Positions 23,971 through 37,444 of a DNA stretch of 64,000 nucleotides are shown in pieces (the first letter of the stretch is position 1; every line of letters starts with the position of its first letter). The translations under genes were made by a program, and so were the position numbers. The notes under the pieces are model-generated. The model was given only the letters and a program-made list of their open reading frames with translations, searched no databases and was not told the origin of the DNA. Source of the DNA: Podarcis bocagei (lineage: Eukaryota); NCBI GenBank assembly GCA_964188305.1, contig OZ076895.1, one strand, 5' to 3'.

Positions 23971-26841
23971 TCATCACCCCCCACCCCCATGCAATGATGT
24001 TCTTCGTTCCCGGCTGTGTCAAAGGTTGCATGCAAGACTGGGATTCAAGAGATGCATTTATGTGAGGGGGTGTATGTGTGTGTGCATACAGCGTGTCCCT
24101 AACTTCCCTTTCACATTTCTTTTATGAAAACTTTGCTGTTCAATCAGAGGAGGAGGACTTAGGGTGTACTTTTATGTATCAATGTAACTGCAGTTTCTGA
24201 ATTAGAAATGTCTTGTGCAGCTTTCTTGTTAAGCTTATTCATTCCTCGTTGTTCCCCTCCTTCACTATGTTCTCTCATTGCATCATTGTAGACATCAAAG
24301 GTTGGCATCATCAGGCAGCTGCCAAGGCCACAATCCTGGCAGGGCCCCCCCCCCACTGTTGACCTCTCGGACCCCATGGCCTGGCTGCTCTTCCTTCTTG
24401 CTGTTTGTTGTCGTCTCTTCCTCTGGCCTCTCCAAATTAGTGAGCAGTGAGAGGAATGAAAAGGAGAAGGAGCAGTCTCTGTCTATACAGACTGGGCCAA
24501 GAGGAAGAGGTCAAGTGAAGAGGCAATGGGCAGATGCGGTTTTAGTGTAGCGTGATTGGTTTGGCCACACTGGGTGCTGGCACCACAGGGGGTGCCACAA
24601 CAATAATGTAGAATGGAGTGTGGGAGGCGGGGAGGCAGCACCAAATTTTAGCGTCACACAAGTTGCCACTGAAATTTGAGAGCCTGAAGTTCGCCACTGC
24701 AGTGGGGACAGTAGTGAGAAGGCGCTGAACCCTCTTAGGAATGGGGCCTCCTAAGAGAATCTTGGCTACGTGGTGTCCATTGTCAACTGATGTCATGGCA
24801 GCCCCTCGAGTACCACCTGCATGTACTACAACATTGTCATCATACTGTATTTTGTGCAGTGCTTTATCTAGGCATCCCCTTTCAAGTTTGTGTACAAGAA
24901 ACAACAACATTCACATGAAGGCGGGTACTTCGCCACGCAAATGAACATTTATTCTGAGACATCCTTTGTCTCAGAATAAACTGAGGCTCATTTGAAGCTC
25001 AAGTAGGATAGGGTAGTTTTATTGTAGGTCCTTTGAAGTAGGAGGCAGTTACTCCACTGAGACTCTAAAATGCCCCACTACCACTCATGCTTGCCATTAC
25101 ATAGAGAAAATATTATTTCCATCATCAGTACATGGATGCCCTCAACAAGTCAATTTTTGGATCACAGCAGGTCCAAAAATTGCTGACTCTGTTGTGATAA
25201 ATCACAGCTAAGTTAATCTCTGCGGTCCTCTGGGGCACACTGTATTTTTGCATCTGTGTGGCAGTCTACCCAATAATGGTCAAAAGTAACTACATGAAGA
25301 AAATGCCTCTGTGAACTGGGCCCCAGTCTCTGTGACCCTTTCAGTGCAAAATTGCCTGGGTAGTTTGGGTTGTGTGGATAAATGGGACCGATGCAGTCCT
25401 CAGCCCCCTTTTCTACAGCAGTCCCACTGAAATTGGTGACAATACTGCAGGTCAAGATGGAGAAGAAGCAAGGAACCTGGCTGTCCCAATGTTGTTGGCC
25501 TCCAGCTCCCATAAACCCCAGACCAGAGGGCCAAAGATTCCCCACCCCTGTCTTATGCATGCACTTACAGTTTGCTGATTTTATGCTAAATTGGAAACAC
25601 AGGAAATCAGTAAAATGTGTGTCTGCACAAATGCAGGTACAATGATTACTTTGGGGTTTGTTTTTGTGTGCGTGACTGATGGCTATAAATGCGCAAGTGC
25701 CCTCCTTCTAAAGTTGCCATTGGGACATATATTTAGACATTTTGTCCTGTAAGAAATGCAGTGTCCTGCCTGCTCATTTAATAATGCAGGCTGACAGCTG
25801 GACCTTGGCATCAATCAGGAACAATCTTCAGTTGCTAACAACCTGAGCAAGACTGCATTGAGTAACCTTGAGGTGCAAAGGCTTTGTGTCCCATCCCTAG
25901 CGGCCCTGATTGATTCCACCAGGCTACAAGTTCTTCATGAGCCTTATTAACACCAACTGCTTAAATGAGATGAATAATTATGAAGCAAACGAAATACACT
26001 CCTTGGCAATACTTTGTGACCTCAATTTTGTCAGGTAATTGAATGGTATGCAGGCAGACCAGATGGGATAAAGCAAGAATCAAGCAAACACTGTCTTAAG
26101 ATACAAATAGCTTTCAGGGCCATTCCTACTATATTAGACAACATGAGGCAACTGCCTCAGGTGGCAGATGCTGAGCAGGACTAGCTGTGGCTACTACCTG
26201 CCCCCAGCCAATCCTGAGCTCCACCTCTGGCTATTCTGAGGCCCTTTTCATTCCCACTCTGTGGAACTAGGGCCCCAGAGAAGGGGCTTGCTTGCTTCTG
26301 GCCAGAGCTGCTGCCAGGCTTCCCTAGTTGCCTTCTCCCAATATATCCCAGACAGCCCTGTTGGGAAAAGCCTTTGACCAAGACAGCAGCTGGTCCAGGC
26401 TGCACAACTTAGCAGGCATCACACATGCACTGCTTTGCTCATATGCTTTGCATATTCTGGTACTACATTACTGTTTGTTTAGGTGGGCTTTAAGTGGGTG
26501 CCGGGCAAGAGATTAGAGGACAGGTGTGGCATGGAAACATAGAATCCTGCTGCATTGTCACTTGTGCAAAAGTAAGGGTCAGCTCCCAGTAGGGAGAACT
26601 TTGGTTTGCTTTGCATTCTAATTCAAATTTATATAATTCATACTTTCTGAAATATTATGCAAGCTGAACTGCAGTGATCCTTCTAAATTCACACTGAATT
26701 TTGTGGTGTACTTGTCCAACCAAAAAAAGTGTACAAAAATGCATGCACCGGGTTGCATACCATGCATATATTAGTGAAAATGACATACAGCAATGTAACA
26801 TTAGGGGAAAATAGCTTGCAAAAATGTAAATAGTATAAAAT

Positions 26842-27091
26842 GCAGTGTGGTGTAGTGGTTAAGAGCGGTAGTCACGTAATCTGGGAAACCGGGTTCGTGT
26901 CTCCGCTCCTCCACATGCAGCTGCTGGGTGACCTTGGGCCAGTCACACTTCTGTGAAGTCTCTCAGCCCCACTCACCTCACAGAGTGTTTGTTGTGGGGG
27001 AGGAAGGGAAAGGAGAATGTTAGCCGCTTTGAGACTCCTGAAGGGGAGTGAAAGGCGGGATATCAAATCCAAACTCTTCTTCTTCTTCTTC
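26842..27091 (+). mobile_element. tRNA-derived SINE with L2-type tail, near full-length
   Basis: A-box TGGTGTAGTGG, B-box-like GGTTCGTGTCTCC, CORE-like GTGACCTTGGGCCAGTCAC, (TTC)n tail; inserted in an older AT-rich repeat (about 26590-27270). Confidence 0.85.
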
Positions 27092-29599
27092 AACAACTGC
27101 ATACAAAAATATGTATAGTAGAAGAAGTGTGCACTAAAATGCTGATGGATTTTCATGAGGACTTAAAAAAGAAAATCACACGCTGATGCATAAATGTGGC
27201 GAACTGAACCTACTCTTGGAAAAATGAGGAACTGAGAGAAACTGAAATTGACAGATTGTCCATCTTCAATTGTCAGTCTGCTCTGTGTTTGGGGTTGAGG
27301 GGGTTGGGTGGATCTTGTCCTTTGCATCAGGCAGCAATATATCTTGAACTAGCTTGCTCTTCATTTTTTTTCACAAAATGGTAAATAAGGCAGGTAACAC
27401 ATTAAAGCAACACATGTTAATGTTTTCATAGCTATTTTTTTTCGTTCTTGGCTACATTAGCAGCTGGATGATGAATACATCTACTACTTTTGGAATTTAA
27501 CTTTATCATTGTAGAGATAAACTTGTTTTTGGAGAGTAGGAGTGCTTCTTGGGCAGAATCTTTACAAATGCCATGTGGTAAGGGTGTCAGATTCTAAGTC
27601 AGATAAAGTTGTTATTTTGCAGCCTGGTCCTAAACATGCTTACTCAGAAGCCAATGCCACCAAACTTAAGGGAAGGGGTACATTCCTGTAGGCAGGGACA
27701 ACCCTCCACAGAAAAAGCCCCGGGAACTCCTGTCAGCATGGCAAATAGGCTCACTGCATCCCCAGGCACTGCAACCACCATGGGATTATTGCTGGACTGT
27801 GCTAGGACTGCACACAAGAGCCCTATGGACACAATATTTGACTAAAACCTGGCTGCATATTTTCCTCAAAGCTTAGGGCTTCAGGCATAATGCATTAGTT
27901 TTGCCATGGTAGTCTTTAATACATAATGATATGATAATGTCAGACTTTAAGCATTCAATTACTTTTGTTTCTTGATCTATTTATGGATCCACTTTTTGTT
28001 TTTGTTTTTAACAAGCACTGGATTGTAGATAATCACTTCAGAGCCAGGAAGTGAAACTGTCACTGTGATTATTGTCAAAGAGGGATAGGTGGTTAACTCA
28101 TGTCTAGGCAAAATGGACATATAATTGTAAGTGACCCAAAGGAGCATATAAAGCAAGCGTCGTTGCTCCAGATGTTGTTGGACTCCAACTCCCACCAACC
28201 GCATGGCCGGTAAGTCATGGGTGATGAGAGCTGTACTCTAGAAACATCTGGTTCTCCACCCTAATTATATAGTATCCCCACTAGAAGAATGGATTGGGAA
28301 TAGCTATCCAGCATGGGTTTCTGATGAAGGACTTAATGGTGAGGCTGAATCTTGTGTTGTGGACTAGAGTTATCTGCTGTATCCACCACTCTGAGCCAGC
28401 GCAGTTTGTTGTCCATCATCTCTCCATTTTTCTATATTCTGTATAATCAATCAATCAATCAATCAATCAATTAATTAAATATATTGGTTGCTTTTTCTTG
28501 CCAAATGCAACTCAAAGCAACTTAACAACCAAAATAATTCTGTATTGATTCTGATGTGAGCAAGCAAAATGTAGCATAACAGGAGAGAGAGAGATGCTTA
28601 AAAGATCAGGGCCCCTAGGAATAGAGGAAGGACAAATGTGATTCTTAGTCCCTTCCAGCACATACACATCTCATGGAAGGAAATAAGCTTTAGGATGGGA
28701 AAAATGAATCTTGCATCACCAGCTTGTGGCTGTGATGAAGAAGGAGATGCTGAACACATTGAATGTCAACAACAGATGGATGTTCTGCAGTGATGGTACA
28801 GGAAAATGGACGGCTTCCCTGAAAAAACCACTCATCCAACACAAAGGATAAACAATTTACCCCAACTCTTTCCCCACCAGTAATAACCCTGCTTCCCTCA
28901 ACTCTTTTAATGGTATCTTTTGCTTCCCCAATTTTCCACTGGCCTGATGGCTATTCTTGTGAATGACTGTGATCCCCCTGTAGCAGAGAAAGAGACTGGT
29001 AGATTGTCCTTGGGTGAGTTTCCTATTTTTTTATGCAACTGCTTTGAGTTTGATGCCAGTTCAGATTTGGTTCTGACCTGACGTTGTGACATGAGCCTGG
29101 TCCTCTGTGGTTCTTGCTGTCTTAAAGCAGTGGTCAAGAATAGTCCTTAGGATAGATAAGCAAGTCAAAAGTGCACCCTAGAGGACAAATACTCTGGAAA
29201 GGAGTCACAGCTGCTAAATCAGTCAAGTGGCCCCAAGAAGCCACTGCTCATTGGATTAGGAATCAGGCAGTTTGCCTGCTCTGGACATGGTTGCAAACAC
29301 TCTTAAGGAGCAGGTATGTCCTATGTAGGTGCTCACTGAACCATCTTTGTCACTGAAGGCCCAAGTGTCTGCAGCGGCTAAGAGTACCTTTTCCAGCTTT
29401 GGCTGGTGCAGCAGAAATTGCTGTTCCTCAGCAGCGGTGGCTTGGCCATAGTGAGCCATGTTTCAGTAACCTATTGTAATGTGCTCTACCTGGGGTTGCC
29501 CTTAAAGCTGGTGCAGTAGCTGCAATTTTTACAAAAATTGAGTGGTTGGGCTGCAAATGGAAGCAGAATGCCATGATCATATAACACGCTTGGGGATCC

Positions 29600-29916
29600 T
29601 CAGGCATGGGGGTCTTCAGAACTCTCCCCAGGCTGTAGCTCCTTCTAAGCCACACCCCTCATCAAGGTGTTTTTGCCTGGCTGGAATGGGTCCTTGAACT
29701 CTGATAATGCTCCTTGCTTGCTTGGATGGTGGTTGGAGAGAAGGGTGTGTGTGCGTGTGTGCGTGCGCAAAAACAAGTTTACTCTACAAAGGTGAAATTC
29801 ACATTTGTTGCTTCCTTCACTTTTGGCTCTGGCCCCACCCACCACTGGCCTGTGGTTGCCAGAAGGTTGCTCAGAAGGGAATGTGGATCTTGGGCTGAAA
29901 AATGTTTCCCACCTCG
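29600..29916. mobile_element. degenerate hAT-type non-autonomous element
   Basis: CAGGCATGGGGG ... GTTTCCCACCTC imperfect ends. Confidence 0.5.
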
Positions 29917-30460
29917 GATATAACAACCCTGCTGAAAGAGAAACATTGCCTGCCAGTTTTCTACTGGGATACATTTAAGGTTTTATGGTTGGCTTATAAA
30001 GCCCTGATCAATTAGGAGGTGGCACCTGTGCCGATATAGACCAGCTTGGCTACTGAGATCTCAAGATGTAGCCCTCCTGGGAAATATATTTGGTGGCAAC
30101 AGCTTATGGGCCCATCTCCCACTGAAAGTAAGACAAGCACCAACCTGGTTGAGTGTTCTGCTTCTTCCGATAACACATTTATCAGGCTTTTGCAGGTTAC
30201 TGATTATGTGGTGGCTCCATGGCTAACTTTTCCAGGTTAGTGTCATTTATCAGTTCTGAAAATGTTGTCTCATGGACATTGTTTGAATCTACATTTACTG
30301 AGCCCATGAGAAAGTAGTTGCAGTTATACATGATTATACTATTTTTCTCCTTTGACTGTTTTCTCGATTTCTTTCTGCATCTCAAGAAGACCCTGAGAAT
30401 TTTGGGTGGGTTTGGCAGTATTGCACCCCAACTACTAAATTGCTATTTCTGCTCAGAGCA

Positions 30461-30514
<54 letters not shown>

Positions 30515-30600
30515 TTTATTTATATCCCACCCTCCCCTGCCAAAGCCGGGCTCAGAGCGGCTAACAACAGTTATTCTGTTCAAAATTCAAAATTCTGTGA
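30461..30600 (-). repeat. (AAT)n microsatellite adjoining an L2-type 3' end
   Basis: (AAT)n at 30461-30514 followed by TTTATATCCCACC...CTCAGAGCGGCTAACA. Confidence 0.8.
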
Positions 30601-33376
30601 AGAATTTTGTTCCTCTTAAACTTTTCCAGTTTCCTGGACTCTACACCCCCTTGACCTACAGAGCAATATTTTCCCTCAATATACCCGTCCCTGCCTTTTC
30701 CATAGATTTCATGTCCCCTGTAACTGCATCCCACTGACTCTCTCAATTCTAAATGAAAGCTGCACTGTGTACTTGGTATTGCCAGCAGTCCAGTTCCACT
30801 GAATTTTGAGTGACGTCTGTCTCTTTTGTAGAAGTTCAGCTTATCTAAAAGTGTTCCCTGGTACCAAACCCTTCTAAACCCTGCTTCTTTCCAATGTCAT
30901 CAATGCCTCACAGCCCTGATTCTGTAGTTGGTCATGGGCGTGGAATATGCTGCAGTTCTGAAAATGCTGCCTTTGACGCCTGTCACTTCAAGCTCCTATC
31001 AAGGTTAGGCTTCTGTGAGTCTTCCTGGCTTCTTCAGAACTGGGTGATTTCCTTTGGTGTTCTATTGCACAGCGTTCTGAAATGTATAACAGCATGACTT
31101 AAGCCAGATAACAATCTAAAACGCATATGAGCATAAAACAGGAAATACAGTAATGAAAAATAATCTGCTAGTTGCTAAGCCCCTATCACTAATGCCAGCC
31201 AAAATGCCCCCCTCAACAGTCTGATATAGAAAGTCAATGAAATGCAGTAACTCCTCAAATACGATGCATTCCCTGCATAAACACTCTCGTGATAGGAAAC
31301 TGTATATATGTCATTATGTGTCAAATACGCACATGAGGTTGCTTTGCTACCTGTGTAAAGAAAATATTTATCACATTTGAAGTGGCCCTTAGGCCCTCTA
31401 AGATTTTGCTTCATGATTTTGAAGTAATTACAAAATGGGGTTCTTCATATTCTCTTATCATACCTTGCTCAGTGCTCCATGACTGGGGTTGGGCGTGAGG
31501 TGGTGGCAAGTGGTGCAGCCATCGGATAATGTCACCTCAGCATACATTTTCATTCTGGGAGAATTGCTCTGGTTGTGTTCCTACCAGAATTCATTCCCAG
31601 ACTTTAGCTTAGCATCTGACCCCCTCAGGAGCAAAAAATTCCTGTGAGAAACTTTTCAGGTTTTCTGTCTGGAGCATGAGACATGATCCATAGCCACCCA
31701 TTTGTCATGCACACTGTCTAGACGCCTTCCATTAGGGTTCCACTTCTGTCGTCACGGGGACGTCACATTTCTCTCCATGCTGGGCATTCTGCAGTAAATG
31801 TTAAAAGTTATTCACTGGAATAATTTATCCCCCAAATTATTGTATTTGTCAACTAGGGTTCCTTCCAGCTCTGCAATTCTATGGTTGGGAATGGCTTTCC
31901 CCGGAAACCCTGGAAATTCACTGCCTGTCCGTGTAGTCAATACTGTGCTACATGGATCAGTGGCCTGACTCAGGACAAGGTGGCTTCCTATATTCCTAAG
32001 AACACACCAAGCCCCCCTTTCCTTGTCTATTTCAGTGGGGCACATGGTACAGGAAGACGTTCCAGAGGATTGTGCCCATGAGTCATGTCTGTTGGCTATT
32101 GCCCCTACTGATTCCCTCAGTGCCCTCCCCCAGCCCACGTCCACTACCTGAAGCAGCCACCTGCCCTGTGCAGTAACCGTGTTTCTGATGAGCTGTGTGG
32201 CTCTTAGCTTTCAAAAGAAGTTGGAGGCAGAGCCCTTGGTGCTCTATAGGAAGGCGCTGAGATGTAAGCCATCATCAGCCTGAATCATTATTAGCTGGCC
32301 TATCCATAAACCAGGTGAGAGCTGCAGCTCCTTCTCCCTCCGCAGAGCCAAGAGTGTGTGCATGAAATTTCTCTGTCAGAGTGTGCTTGTCACCAGCGGG
32401 AGGGTGGGAGCTTATCTTATTGTCATCTCTGCCAATGGGAGAGGAGTCCATTACTAGAGTGTGTTTGCGTGCATGAGTTACTGACTGAGTCAATTTGCAG
32501 TGTTGTAGAAGTGCAGGAGGAGATTTTAATGCCAACTGTCTCTCGCCTCTGCCTCCCTCCCTCTCTTTCATTGCTTCTTTGATTTTTCTCCAGATGTTAA
32601 TGGGCGATCACTGATGCTTGAATCCAGTTGTACCATTTCACAAATGGAAATTGCACCATCTCAGTCTTTCTTGTCCCCCTCCTCCTCTCTCCTCCCCCCC
32701 CCCAAAACTTGACAGCTTGCTGCCAAGTGGACAGATGATGGTCTGGGAAAGGGAGAATGATGCCAGACGCTGGGATTATTTCATGACTTTTGTTGCGGTA
32801 AGATTTTTTTTTTTTAATTGCTGGTTTAAAGTGATCTTGAAGAAACCCCAAGTGCATCCAAGAAACTGACCGGAAACCTATGCTTCTCTGCTATAGGTCT
32901 TTGCATTGAACTGCATTTCCAAAGAGGCGCGAAAGGGTGTCACTTCAGGAGTGACCAGGAAGCAGCTTGGCAGGGTGAGCTGATGGCTTGGGGTGATGAG
33001 TCAAGGGCCTCACCTGCACAGCCATCCCTGGAACAGAGCTGCCGAACAAGCACAGCACAACAGGTGTGAGATGGCAGCAGTCTACTGCTAACCCACAGTT
33101 GCCAGGACAAGATTACCATGAGAAACTGTGAACACTACAGAAAGAGACAGAATTCAAGGAGAAAACTGGTCAGGGCACTTTTCTTTTGCTAAAATACACA
33201 ATAGGAGCTTTTATCTGAGATTTGTGTGCTGGGAGGAACAATGTACTGTAAACTCCCAAGTATTCTGCGGTCATTAGTGTGTTCCAAAGCCTGAGTTTTA
33301 AAGAGAGGAAGAAAGGAAGGAAATGTGCACCCACCCACACACCCACACCCTGCCTGCCTTCCTGTTTAAGGCACTC

Positions 33377-33618
33377 CACTGGTACCTCGGGTTACATACG
33401 CTTCAGGTTACATAAGCTTCAGGTTACAGACTCCGCTAACCCAGAAATAGTACCTCAGGTTAAGAACTTTGCTTCAGGATGAGAACAGAAATCGGGCTCT
33501 GGCGGCGCGGCAGCAGCAGGAGGCCCCATTAGCTAAAGTGGTGCTTCAGGTTAAGAACAGTTTCAGGTTAAGAACAGACCTTCGGAATGAATTAAGTACT
33601 TAACCCGAGGCACCACTG
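33377..33618. mobile_element. Tc1/mariner (pogo/Tigger-like) MITE, family A
   Basis: CA(C)TGGTACCTCGGGTTA ... TAACCCGAGGCACCACTG|TA; internal TCAGGTTA repeats. Confidence 0.88.
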
Positions 33619-34221
33619 TACTCTGCACAAACAATAGGTACTGGGGCCAAGGCACCTTTTGAACCTAGGTTGAGGGGACCCAGACAGCATTTGGCCCAAG
33701 CTGAAGTGACCCTGAGATTGCTTCAGTGCATATTTTATTTACTTAATTTTATTATATTACGTTTACACTTCCCGCTATTCTTCAAGATGGTAGACATGAT
33801 TGGGTACCTTCCCATTTTATTCCCACTACAACCTTGTGCGGTAGGTTGGGCTGAGAGACTGACTGGTGCAGGGTTACCTGGGGAGCTTCATGGCTGACTG
33901 GGGACTTCAATCTGGGTCTCCGGGGTTCTAATGAATAGTTTAGCACTTGGATTGCTATAGCACACTAACTCTGCTGCAAGTGCCATGTGCTGAAACAATC
34001 ATAGAAATGCTCACCCACATTCACAGTAGGTATTATTTATTTATTTAAAGCATTTTTACACCCCTGCCTCCCCCTCCCAAGAGGAATTCAGATGGCTTAG
34101 AAGTGTCAGTAATAAGACATTCCCTGCCCTCAGTCTTACAATCTGAAAGATGTGGCCCCCTGGCACTGAAACATGTGATCTGGTCATGCACTATAGTGGC
34201 AGTGTGCTGGATAGAAGTCAG

Positions 34222-34658
34222 TGTTAGAATTCCTGCTCCATTATTGCAGCCATGGGATTTTTGTCTATCACATGACGGTGTATGTTTTGACTCCACAAAG
34301 TGGGAGGTGATGGAGAGAGGATGTTTGTGTTACTGTGTTCCATGAAGTGGGACTATTGTCCTTTGTTCTTTCTCTTTGCTGTCTGATGCTAGAGAGAGAG
34401 GGAGCCATGTTGCAGTGCTCTGTGTATGTTTGTATGTAAATAAAGTAGATGAGCCAAAATGCTGAGTTCTGTCACGTGAGATGCGCAAACTCTGCAGATC
34501 CCTAAGTGTGCCGATGTCTGTTGGCATCGGTCGCTGTGATGTTCGGGCTGAAGAAAGCTTTTGAAGCCCCCGAACGATCGACCAGGAGGGAGAGAACATG
34601 CCAGTCAGGCATGTGTCTCTGCCAGGGTCTTACTCGAGTGTAGGCTGAACTCCTGACA
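34222..34658 (+). mobile_element. solo LTR (437 bp)
   Basis: TGTTAG...CTGACA ends; perfect 5-bp TSD GTCAG (34217-34221, 34659-34663); AATAAA at 34439. Confidence 0.88.
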
Positions 34659-34672
34659 GTCAGTGTACATGT

Positions 34673-35305
34673 TGTTATGACTTTTGGTGGGGGGGAGTTG
34701 AGACCCTTCTAACCCCTGGATCTAGCAGGTGTTAAAATATAAGCCAGACTCACTTCCTGTGTTGAAGTAATCGCCTGTGTGATGGGCCATTGAGAGAGGT
34801 CTGTGCAAGATGGAAAATGGGTGGGGCCAGACCTGTGCAGGGGTGGGGCAGCTAGGTACATTTGCCCTGGCCTTTGGAAGGCTAAGTTGCCCCCCCCCAG
34901 GACCAAATGCTTTTTGGTTTGAGTTTATTACTTTATACTAACAAGACTCCTGCTCAGGGCTTCAGTCAAACTCTACATGGGCCTGGGTGGGACCTCTTCC
35001 TCAACTCAGATATGGTTAGAAAGACAAAGCCAGAGTCTGGAGTAGAGTTTGAGGTGAACTAGAAGTACAGCAGCAAACTGTTGTCTGCCTGAATCCAAGG
35101 CTGTGGCTATTGTGTCTCTTGGGGTATTAATGCTATGAAGCCCTCCACTGGAGGCTCAGGTTGCATATATGTGTAAATAAACCATATATCATAAAGACAC
35201 CACAATCTCCACTGTGCCTCATTTCCAAAGGAAACATGAACCCTGGGTAAGTCTCTGGAACCCCTAGAATCTCACACCACTCAGAGATTGGGGTGGTATG
35301 TTACA
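34673..35305 (+). mobile_element. solo LTR (~630 bp)
   Basis: TGTTATG...GTTACA ends; AATAAA at about 35176; related copy at 19090-19690; TSD not clean. Confidence 0.65.
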
Positions 35306-35899
35306 GTATTAACTTGGTCCTGGGAAAATCCCCAAATTATTGGATGCTTATGCTTGCTCAGTTATATTTCAGTGATGTGGGCCTTGATGGAAGGACAATG
35401 TAATTGGTCTTCACATGATCTATTTGTGGTCATGCTCTATTTGTGCTGCAACACTGGAGGAAGCATAGGTCCCCACCCCCAAATTACTCACTGGTTGGAA
35501 GATTTGTCTACTCTTGCAACAGGGGAAAAAGCAGGTGGCATGAAGACAATGAATACTCTGACATTTGGGGTCTGAACTTGGGATTGTTGGTATGACGTAC
35601 ATGCCCAGTGGGCTCTGCTGGAGCATAACCCCCCGTTTTTCTCCCTCATTCCCCAACCCAACCCCCTCCCTGCTTGTCTGGTCATATTTACTTTATCTGT
35701 ATGATACTGTATTCTGAATTTCTATGATCCATTGCTGATTTTTCTCTTATTTTGTATTGTTTTTATTTCTTGACTGTATTGTTAAAGAAAACCCCAAATT
35801 AATTTTTTTTTAAAAAAGGGGGGGAAGACATGGCACAAAAAGAAAAGGGATTTGGAGGGGTGGCAAATTTAGGCTGCAATCCAAACTCCACTTACCTAG

Positions 35900-36272
35900 T
35901 AAAGGTAAAGGTAAGGGACCCCTGACAGTTAAGTCCAGTCGCGAACGACTCTGGCGTTGTGGCGCTCATCTTGCTTTACTGGTGGAGGGAGCCAATGTTT
36001 CTCCGCCGACAGTTTTTCTGGGTCATGTGGCCAGCATGACTAAGCCACTTCTGGCAAAACCAGAGCAGCACACGGAAACGCCATTTACCTTCCCGCTGGG
36101 GCGGTACCTATTTATCTATTTGCACTTTTTTGGTGTGCTTTTGAACTGCTAGGTTGGCAGGAGCTGGGACTGAACAACGGGAGCTCACCCCGTCGTGGGG
36201 ATTTGAACCACCGACCTTCCAATTGGCAAGCCCAAGGCTCAGTGGTTTCCACCACAGCACCACCCGCGTCCC
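35900..36272 (-). mobile_element. full-length Sauria SINE
   Basis: 5' GGGACGCGGGTGG tRNA-like head, BovB/RTE-type 3' end with (ACCTTT)n tail; 12-bp TSD CCACTTACCTAG (35888-35899, 36273-36284). Confidence 0.93.
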
Positions 36273-36390
36273 CCACTTACCTAGACATAAGCCCTATTGA
36301 ATTCAATAGGACTTACTTCTGAGTGGACATGGTTAGGATTGCATTTTAGGCATGGCTTCTTAGTTAAAATTAATGTACTACTGAATAATA

Positions 36391-36616
36391 CAGTGGTACC
36401 TCGGATTAAGAACTTAATTCGTTCTGGAGGTCCGTTCTTAACCTGAAACTGTTCTTAACCTGAAGCACCACTTTAGCTAATGGGGCCTCCCACTGCTGCT
36501 GCTGCGCTGCTGTGCAATTTCTGTTCTCATCCTGAAGCAAAGTTCTTAACCTGAGGTACTACTTCTGGGTTAGCAGAGTCTGTAACCTGAAGCGTCTGTA
36601 ACCCGAGGTACCACTG
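36391..36616. mobile_element. pogo/Tigger-like MITE, family A
   Basis: TA|CAGTGGTACCTCGG ... CCGAGGTACCACTG|TA. Confidence 0.92.
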
Positions 36617-37444
36617 TACTTTGTTATTATAAATCTAGTTGTGCAAATTGCAGAACACAGAAACTTGTGGGTTGTCCTAGTGAAGATGGAACAGTATGCA
36701 CAGCCTGCTTTGAGTCTCTCCAAAATTGTTCTGCTGAAGGTATTTTCAAAGGTAAGACTCGATTCAGCTTGTCTGACATAAAATCATTTAATAGTGAAAT
36801 ATAAAATCTACACTGGGTAGAGACTATGCATTCAATTTGTCTTCTGCCTTTTAAGCAACAACCATGCTTTTCTCAAACATAAAAGAGAAGCTCAGAGGCA
36901 CTTTTTAGTTTTACATGTAAAAGTATTCAAAGGGGTTACTGGGTGATAAAAGCGCACTTTCTTCTAATTCATGGCACAGAGTTCACACAATGGGCCAGTT
37001 GTATGGATAGTGCATTTTCTAAGAACTGTGTCTATAACCATATTCTTTAGAACTTGGGAAACTTTTTTCCCCTTGTGGAAAGGAAGCAACGGGAGAGATT
37101 TGGGAGAGTGGGAATAGCAGGCAGGCAAAGGGTTAAGTACCCCCCCTCCTCTATTCCTGATTACTCCTCTCTAAAGTGCAGTTTCCTGATGCATTTTTGC
37201 CAGTGCGATATTGTTAGATGCATTTGTGTGTAATGAAGACTTGAGACATTGGGCAGCAATTAGTAATGCTCACAAACTTTCAGAAGTTTGTTTTTTTAAA
37301 ATTTACATGGTCTCTCACCCACCCCCCTTAATTCTCAGCCTTACTCGTGTGGTAAAACCACACAGGCAATTTCTTTCCTTGGGGTTGATCCACATGCACA
37401 TAACAAGCCTCATTAACCCCTTCCAAAATGCATTCCTGTGGTTC

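Larger units (their letters stand above)
34157..35824 (+). mobile_element. old 5'-truncated L1 split by two solo LTRs
   Basis: LKHVIWSC...W zinc-knuckle remnant at about 34170-34220; ITHWLEDLSTLATGEK at about 35480; T-rich UTR and A-tract; TSD AAGATGTGGC/AAGACATGGC. Confidence 0.65.

Noticed and set aside
30318-30737. 139-aa ORF with a poly-Ile hydrophobic stretch
   Set aside because: Translation of an (AAT)n microsatellite.
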